A stretch of DNA of 64,000 nt from Nitrososphaerota archaeon (GTDB taxonomy: Archaea > Thermoproteota > Nitrososphaeria > PSMU01). The stretch spans positions 256,001-320,000 of the forward strand of contig PSMU01000002.1 in assembly GCA_040290255.1 (NCBI GenBank). The letters are read 5' to 3'. The notes under the pieces were generated by a model that had not been told where the DNA came from, did no database searches, and saw nothing but the letters and a program-made list of their open reading frames with translations. Below are positions 58,151 to 64,000 of this stretch, piece by piece (the stretch's first letter is position 1; the number at the start of each line of letters is the position of its first letter). Position numbers and translations under genes: made by a program.

Positions 58151-58684
58151 ATGACCAGCGGGCTGTCGCCTGACCTGCTCGAGGCCCTTGCCTACATGCT
58201 GCCCGCCTACGTCGCCAACGGCACGCCCGTGGTGGCCGTGCGCTTCTTCAGGTCGCTACATCCCTTAGATCTGGGGCGAAGGGCCTGGGATGGGCGAAGG
58301 CTCCTCGGCGACGGGAAGACCGCGGAGGGGTTCGCTTCGGGCAGCGCCATGGGCTTCCTCGCCGGAACCTTGGTGCTATTGGCAGACCCCCTGCTCTATA
58401 GGGCTTGGGCGGAGCCGCTGCTGCTGGCCCTGGGCGCGCTCCTGGGCGATCTGCTGGGGGCCTTCATCAAGAGGCGACTGGGCCTGCAGAGGGGGCAGCC
58501 GGCCCCCGGCCTCGACCAGCTGGACTTCCTGGCCGTGGGCCTGCTGCTCACCTTCTTGCTCTATGGTCCTCCCTCCTGGGCGACTTCGTGGGTGCTGCTG
58601 GGCCTTGCTGTGATAACGGTTGGCCTTCACCTCTTGACCAACGCGGCGGCACATGCTATGAGGTTAAAGGAGAGGCCGTATTAG
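58151..58684 (+). CDS. carS: CDP-archaeol synthase (DUF46)
   Basis: PAYVAN..P, PLD.G, GDGKT..G, GDLLGAFIKRR, DQLDF; GGAGGTGA ribosome-binding site upstream. Confidence 0.92.
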   Translation: MTSGLSPDLLEALAYMLPAYVANGTPVVAVRFFRSLHPLDLGRRAWDGRRLLGDGKTAEGFASGSAMGFLAGTLVLLADPLLYRAWAEPLLLALGALLGDLLGAFIKRRLGLQRGQPAPGLDQLDFLAVGLLLTFLLYGPPSWATSWVLLGLAVITVGLHLLTNAAAHAMRLKERPY

Positions 58685-58702
58685 CGAGGAGCAAGGGGCG
58701 CC

Positions 58703-61207
58703 ATGGCCAGGTTCACGTGCCCCTTATGCCGGGGTCCCGTGCGCTTCGCGCTGAGGGAAAGCCAGGGGCTGCTGGCCTTCTGCGGCCCTTGCTCCCTGGG
58801 CACCGCCTCGGGGGCGGAAGACGAGGAGGAGGCCTACTTAGAGCTTCTGGAGGCGGTGGAGGGAGGCAAAGCCCGGAAAGGGAACCTGCAGGGCCTGCTG
58901 GAGGCCGAGCGGCTCCTCATGCCCCTCCAGGAGCTCGAGCGGCTCCTCGTCCGTGAAGGCATCACGCTCGGCGAGCTGCCAAATGATGTGAGGGAGCTGC
59001 TTCTGAGCAGACAGGATCTGATAGTGAAATATGAGCTGCTGGCCGCGCACATGCCCAAGGGCGGCGAGGTGCCGGAGGACCTGCCCCGGGCCTTTCGGGA
59101 AGCTGCCCTCCGGGCGGGCCTCAGGCCCTATCCCTTTCAGGTGGAGGCCTGGAGAAATATCCTAGCGGGCAAGAATACGCTTATCCTAGCCCCCGCGGGC
59201 AGCGGCAAAACCGAGGCCTTCGCGCTGCCGGCGCTTTACCTGGGCTCGCTGGCCCAAGGGAGGCCCAGTGTGCTGTTCATCTATCCCACCAAGGCGCTGG
59301 GCAGGGATCAGAGGCCGAGGCTTGCCCAGCTGGCGGAGGCGATGGGGATGAGGGTGCAGGTCATGGACGGCGATACGCCGGAGGACGAGAGGAGAAGGAT
59401 CGCGGAGGACCCTCCTCACGCCATAATAACGAACTTCGATGCCATACACTACCACCTGCTGTATAGGACGCCCTTCGGCAGGCTGCTGCCGCATATCAGG
59501 GTAGTGGCCTTGGACGAGGTGCAGGTCTACAAGGGCGTTTATGGCGCCCACGTGCATTTCATCCTTCGCCGCCTCAGGCGCGTAACGCGGGGCCTTCAGC
59601 TCATAGCCGCCTCCGCGCTGCTGGAGAACCCCGTTGAGTTCGTGGAAAAGCTCTGCGCCGCGCCCTTTGAGCTGGTGAAGGAGGAGACGGGGAGAAGGGG
59701 GCCCGCACACCTGATCGCCATCATGCCCGTGCTCAGGGGCTATCATGAGTTCTTCGTCCGCTGCGCGGAGCTGCTGCTGCGGCACCGCCGAAACCTATTG
59801 CTCTTCTTCAACTCCCACAGGAACGCCGAGCTGGTGGCCCTCATGGCGAGGAGGAGGGGCCTAAGGGTGGAGGTGCACAGGGCCGGCCTGCCCGCCGCGC
59901 ATCGGGAAAGGGTGGAGAAGCTCTTCAAGGGCGGCGAACTCAGGGCGATAGCGGCGACCCCCACGCTGGAGCTGGGCCTAGATGTAGGAACCGTGGACGG
60001 GGTGGCCTCCGAGCTGGTGGTCGTAAACAGGCTGGTGCAGAGGGTTGGAAGGGCCGGGAGGAGGGGCCAGGAGAGCGCGGTCGTCCTTGTGCTGAGGCCG
60101 GATGACCCTATCGGACAATACTACAGGAGGAACTTTGACCAGTACTTCGCTGACGTCGAGGCCGCCTACCTTGAGCCCGGCAACCCCTACGTGGCCGAGC
60201 GGCAGCTCCTGGCGATGGCCTTGGAGAAGCTCCTGCTGCCGGAGGAGGCGCGGGGCCTAGAGGATGTGCTGCGGCGACTCCTAGGGAGGGGGCTGCTCCG
60301 CGCGAGGGGGATGGGCTGGGAGGCCGTGAGGCCCGGGGCGCTTCGGGAGCTCTCCGACCTTAACCTCAGGGGTACGGGGGAAGCGGTGAGGATCTACGTT
60401 GGGGGGCGAAGGGCAGGCGAGAGGGAGCTCCCGCTGGCGCTGGAGGAGCTCCACCCCGGCGCCGTGTACCTGATGAACGGCAGGCCCTATCTCTGTAGGG
60501 AGCTGGACCTAAAGGCGAGGCGCGCGGCGCTGGAGCCCATGAGCGGCGAGCCGTACTTCACGAGGGCGATCGTGGAGGAGGAGCCCCGGGTCCTGCGGGT
60601 GCTCGAATCAAAGGGCGTGCTCGGCCTGACGGTGCTCTATGCGGAGCTGGCGCTCACAAAGCGCGTGGTGGGCTATATGCGAAGGACGCTCGGTGAGGCG
60701 GGCCCCGGCACGCTTATTCCCCTTCCCGAAGCTCCCACCTATTCGTTTAGGACGAGGGGGCTTGTCTTCAGGGCCCCCAGGCCGCTGCGGTTCTTGGAGA
60801 GGAGGTCAGAGGAGGGCCTATGGGAGGGCTCCTCGTACCATGCCAGCGAGCACGCGCTCATCGAGGGCACCGATATGATCACGGGAGGAGCGGCCGAGGA
60901 GATGGGCGGCCTCTCGCTGGGCGCCTCGGGCATCATCCTGGTCTACGACGCGGCGCCGGGGGGCAGCGGCCCGACCTACCTGCTCTTCAATAGGATGGAG
61001 GCGGCCCTGCGCAGGGCCTATGAGGTGGTGAGCCGCTGCCCCTGCGCTTCCCTAAAGGGCTGTCCCCGCTGCGTATACTCATACCGCTGCGGCAACGATA
61101 ACAGGTTCCTGAGCAGGGAGGGGGCCGAGGAGGTCCTGCGCCGAATTTTGGAGGGCGAGGGCAGGGGCCTCGAGCCGGACGAGGTAGGAGGATGGTGGAG
61201 GAGCTGA
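58703..61207 (+). CDS. DEAD/DEAH helicase with C-terminal DUF1998 (Hrq1/MrfA/SftH-like) and N-terminal Zn finger
   Basis: GSGKT, YPTKAL, DGDTP, DEVQ, QRVGRAGR, HASEH, YD..PGGSG, CPC...GCPRC. Confidence 0.9.
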   Translation: MARFTCPLCRGPVRFALRESQGLLAFCGPCSLGTASGAEDEEEAYLELLEAVEGGKARKGNLQGLLEAERLLMPLQELERLLVREGITLGELPNDVRELLLSRQDLIVKYELLAAHMPKGGEVPEDLPRAFREAALRAGLRPYPFQVEAWRNILAGKNTLILAPAGSGKTEAFALPALYLGSLAQGRPSVLFIYPTKALGRDQRPRLAQLAEAMGMRVQVMDGDTPEDERRRIAEDPPHAIITNFDAIHYHLLYRTPFGRLLPHIRVVALDEVQVYKGVYGAHVHFILRRLRRVTRGLQLIAASALLENPVEFVEKLCAAPFELVKEETGRRGPAHLIAIMPVLRGYHEFFVRCAELLLRHRRNLLLFFNSHRNAELVALMARRRGLRVEVHRAGLPAAHRERVEKLFKGGELRAIAATPTLELGLDVGTVDGVASELVVVNRLVQRVGRAGRRGQESAVVLVLRPDDPIGQYYRRNFDQYFADVEAAYLEPGNPYVAERQLLAMALEKLLLPEEARGLEDVLRRLLGRGLLRARGMGWEAVRPGALRELSDLNLRGTGEAVRIYVGGRRAGERELPLALEELHPGAVYLMNGRPYLCRELDLKARRAALEPMSGEPYFTRAIVEEEPRVLRVLESKGVLGLTVLYAELALTKRVVGYMRRTLGEAGPGTLIPLPEAPTYSFRTRGLVFRAPRPLRFLERRSEEGLWEGSSYHASEHALIEGTDMITGGAAEEMGGLSLGASGIILVYDAAPGGSGPTYLLFNRMEAALRRAYEVVSRCPCASLKGCPRCVYSYRCGNDNRFLSREGAEEVLRRILEGEGRGLEPDEVGGWWRS

Positions 61208-61211
61208 TGCG

Positions 61212-61763
61212 CTAGGCCCTCCACCATTCGAAGCCAAGCAGCGAAATCTTTTTCCTCCTTCTGTCGGCCAGGGCCATGATGTACTTCTTCCTGACGGTGT
61301 TGGCGAGCCGGCCCGCAAGCACTATATGAGGTGCCGTGATCTCGGCGCTCGGCCTGAAGACCTGGATCAGGTAAGGGGCGTGATCTATTCCTGGGCCCTG
61401 CTCATAGACCGCGAAGTCGCATCCGAACTTTATGCCCGGCGTTACGACGAAGCCCCTCTCCCTAAGGTGCTCGTAGACCATGTACTTCTCGGCGAACTCC
61501 ACATACTCCCTCACGCACCTTCGCCTCAGGCCCTCCAGGCTCACCGGCCTCCCGGACCTTATGTCCAAGATGTAGAGCCTGCCCTTCTTGCAGAGATAAT
61601 AGGCCTCTAGCAGGTCCAAGAGCAGCGGGGCATCGAAGTCGGCCCCCTTGGGCTTGGGTATGCCCAAGGGCTTGCCGTAAAAGCCCTCCTTATACAGGCG
61701 GCGGGCCTCCTCCCTGTCCCAGATGCAGACCCTATTGCCCACCAAGTAGCCTTGGGCGGGCAT
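61212..61763 (-). CDS. endA: tRNA-intron endonuclease catalytic subunit
   Basis: LLEAYYL, VY..LR.RG, GIKFGCDFAVY, GPGIDHAPY, RLANTVRK. Confidence 0.92.
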   Translation of the reverse strand: MPAQGYLVGNRVCIWDREEARRLYKEGFYGKPLGIPKPKGADFDAPLLLDLLEAYYLCKKGRLYILDIRSGRPVSLEGLRRRCVREYVEFAEKYMVYEHLRERGFVVTPGIKFGCDFAVYEQGPGIDHAPYLIQVFRPSAEITAPHIVLAGRLANTVRKKYIMALADRRRKKISLLGFEWWRA

Positions 61764-61766
61764 GGG

Positions 61767-62426
61767 CTACAGGCCCAGGGAGAGGACCGTCATGTTGTCC
61801 ATCGCCTCCAGGCACCTGTCCCCCGTCTCCTCCAGGATGTCCGCGATGTCCTTGAGCAGTATCAAGCTCGGCACGTCCAAGTTGGAGTTTATGATCTTGA
61901 CCAGAAGCTCTCGGTAGCTCTCGTCGACCTTGCCCTCCGTCTCCTTGAGCGTCCCGCCCAGCTGCAGGGCCTTCTGGGGCGAGATGGTGAGCGCCTTCGT
62001 AAGCTCGTAGAGCCCCTTTAGGAACTCGTTCACGGCGTTCAGGAGCGCCTCCAGGCTGGCCAGGAGCGCCTGGTTCGAGAGCGTGGCCTTCTTAAGATGG
62101 GCCAGCCTGAAGATGATGCCCGTTATATAGCCCGCCAGCTCCTCGATGAGGTTCGTTGTGCGCATGAAGTCCTCGCGGTTAAGGATGAGCACGCCCATGC
62201 TGGCCAGCTCCCGGGCCAGCATGCGCCGGTAGGTCTCCACGTCCTCCTCGGCCTTCTTTGCCCTCTCGAGGGCTGCCAAGATGTCCTCGCGGTTGCCCGC
62301 CTTGGCGGCCTCCAGCGCGAGGTTCAGCTCCCTCGAGGCATCGTAGACCCTTCTTGCCTGGTCCAGCAGCACCGTCAGCGTGCGGCGCTTTGCCTGCAGC
62401 TCAGCTTCTCCTGCATAGACGGCCAT
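61767..62426 (-). CDS. DUF47/PhoU-like helical protein
   Basis: E...E..RR, NREDF, E..VD..YR, LEETGD. Confidence 0.8.
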   Translation of the reverse strand: MAVYAGEAELQAKRRTLTVLLDQARRVYDASRELNLALEAAKAGNREDILAALERAKKAEEDVETYRRMLARELASMGVLILNREDFMRTTNLIEELAGYITGIIFRLAHLKKATLSNQALLASLEALLNAVNEFLKGLYELTKALTISPQKALQLGGTLKETEGKVDESYRELLVKIINSNLDVPSLILLKDIADILEETGDRCLEAMDNMTVLSLGL

Positions 62427-62450
62427 GTGGGTCGTTGTGGGGCTAAGTTT

Positions 62451-63338
62451 TTAACTCTTCTCACGCGCCCGCTCATCGCCCAGCTCCATCTGCTTGCGCC
62501 TTATCTGTTCATCGAGGGGAGGGTGCCTCCTCCCGCGCCGGGGCCTTATCGGATAATGGCCGATGAGCTCCAGCGCCCTTCGCTGAAGGGGCTGCGCCTC
62601 TAGGGGCACGAAGCTGTTCCATTGCTTATAGTGGGAGTAGGAGCCCGGCAGGGTCCATCGAACGTCGAAGGAGCGGAGCTCGCTGGGTTCTATGCAGACG
62701 GCGACCCTATCCAGCTCCCTGTGCAGCGAAAGGGGGCAGGTGAAGAGGCGCTGCGGATCCATCTTGTTCTCCACCCGCACGCCCTTCAGCCCTTCGCCCT
62801 CGAGCCGCTTCAGCACATACTCGGTTACGGCATAGGCCACGTCAAGGGGATGGACGCCGGGCATGTTCCAGTCAAGGGCCCCCGGGTGCAGGTGCACGTG
62901 CAGTCCCCTGCCGCTCCACTTCACGATCAGGGACCTCTCTATGCCCAGCCCCCTGAGGAGCTCCAGCAGCCTTAGGCCCGCCTCGACCACATGGCGCCAC
63001 TCCGGCGAGGCCGCGTCTATATCCCAGGTGGGCATACAGCTGACCCAGTTTTCGGGCCGCAGCAGCTCCGAGCGGCTCAGGCTCCTGTATTCAAGCGCGG
63101 TCGCGTAAAAGGTCCTGGGGCCGAGGTGGCTGAAGCGGAGCAGCAGGGCCGGCACATCCTCCGGCGAGGCAAGCGCCAGGGGATGGCCTTGCCCGGGAAG
63201 ATAGCGCAGCAGCATCCTCCTTTCATTGGCGGGCGCGCAGTGTATGCCCACCCATCTGTTCCTGGCGAAGGACCAGATGGCATAGGCGACCTCCTCTTTC
63301 TGATAGTGCGCCAGGACCTCCTCCCTGGCTAGGGCCAA
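62451..63338 (-). CDS. Archaeo-eukaryotic primase (AEP) superfamily protein
   Basis: WDID (motif I), KWSGRGLHVH (motif II), MDPQRLFTCPLSLH (motif III region). Confidence 0.72.
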   Translation of the reverse strand: MALAREEVLAHYQKEEVAYAIWSFARNRWVGIHCAPANERRMLLRYLPGQGHPLALASPEDVPALLLRFSHLGPRTFYATALEYRSLSRSELLRPENWVSCMPTWDIDAASPEWRHVVEAGLRLLELLRGLGIERSLIVKWSGRGLHVHLHPGALDWNMPGVHPLDVAYAVTEYVLKRLEGEGLKGVRVENKMDPQRLFTCPLSLHRELDRVAVCIEPSELRSFDVRWTLPGSYSHYKQWNSFVPLEAQPLQRRALELIGHYPIRPRRGRRHPPLDEQIRRKQMELGDERAREKS

Positions 63339-63342
63339 CCCG

Positions 63343-64000
63343 CTACGGGATGCCCTCCTCGGTCCTCCTGCTGGCCTCGGCTATCCTCCTGGCTACGCCC
63401 GCGGGCAACGATATATCCTCCCTCCTCCGCTCGACCCTCTCCAGCACGACGAGGCCCACGCCCGGCCTTATGTCGACTTCATGCAGGAACCTGTCATGAT
63501 TGGTCTGGCGCATCTTCTCGATGAGCACGTACCTCTTGAGCTCACCAGCCCTGATGGCCCTCCTGAACCTTATTATGCCGTCGGCGATGTGCTCTATGCC
63601 CCATCCAAAGGACTCCGCGCTGGTGATGGCGTATTGGCTCGTCGCCAGGATGGTGAAGTCCCACTTGGCCAGCACCTTCTTGAGGAAATAGGAGTACCGC
63701 CTGGCCATGGCCGGCCTGTCGAGCCAGAAGGCGCTCACGCTGTCCACGACCAGCCGCGCCCTGCCGTAGCCCAGCTCCTTCTTGGCCTCCACCACCTTAT
63801 CCACTAGGGGCTCAACTTCTAGGGCCGAGAGGGACCAACGGTCCTCCTGCCCCATCAGCGCGTCCACGATGATCAGCTTGCCCGCATCGATGGCCGCCTT
63901 GAAGTCGATCGAGAACTGGGCCGCCTGCCTTATGACCGAGGCCCGGGATTCCTCCGTGGTCACGAAGATGCACCTGTCGCCATCCATTAGCCCGCGCTGT
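63343..64000 (-). CDS. KaiC-like/RAD55 RecA-superfamily ATPase, 5' truncated by window edge
   Basis: FVTTEES, LVVDSVS, IEHIADGIIRF, IEKMRQTNH; frame open to the edge. Confidence 0.9.
   Translation of the reverse strand, partial: QRGLMDGDRCIFVTTEESRASVIRQAAQFSIDFKAAIDAGKLIIVDALMGQEDRWSLSALEVEPLVDKVVEAKKELGYGRARLVVDSVSAFWLDRPAMARRYSYFLKKVLAKWDFTILATSQYAITSAESFGWGIEHIADGIIRFRRAIRAGELKRYVLIEKMRQTNHDRFLHEVDIRPGVGLVVLERVERRREDISLPAGVARRIAEASRRTEEGIP

Noticed and set aside
58703-61207. DISARM or Druantia defence locus
   Set aside because: A single fused helicase-DUF1998 gene among housekeeping genes, with no methylase or other drm/dru genes.

Overview
Gene-dense, GC-rich archaeal chromosomal segment. 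TATA-driven, largely leaderless genes, TFE-beta, TIP49, CarS, aIF1, a tRNA-intron endonuclease and a DUF5679 protein suggest a TACK lineage, plausibly a deep-branching Nitrososphaerota (inference). Most of it is housekeeping or metabolic: pncB, larBCE, glyA, a sufCBD-Rieske-sufSU operon, fixAB/fixCX, mdh, carAB, korAB, queD/folE2, Rieske/cytochrome b and cofEDC. I saw no tRNA, rRNA, CRISPR array or mobile element. The standout is a tightly coupled three-gene operon at 7081-10329. It encodes a short, hinge-less SMC ATPase with SMC5/SMC6-type head motifs (QSGGERS, DEFDVHMD, ITP), an Nse4/ScpA-like kleisin and an Nse3/MAGE-like KITE protein, i.e. a candidate minimal archaeal Smc5/6-type complex. 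It is transcribed divergently from an operon with an unknown protein and two phosphoesterases. Other points of note are an apparent ATA start codon for carA, an uncalled 49-aa zinc-ribbon protein, a candidate K-loop ncRNA, a stand-alone AEP primase-polymerase next to a KaiC-like ATPase, and a LarC with a degenerate N-terminal domain. All calls come from motif recognition by eye, without database searches.
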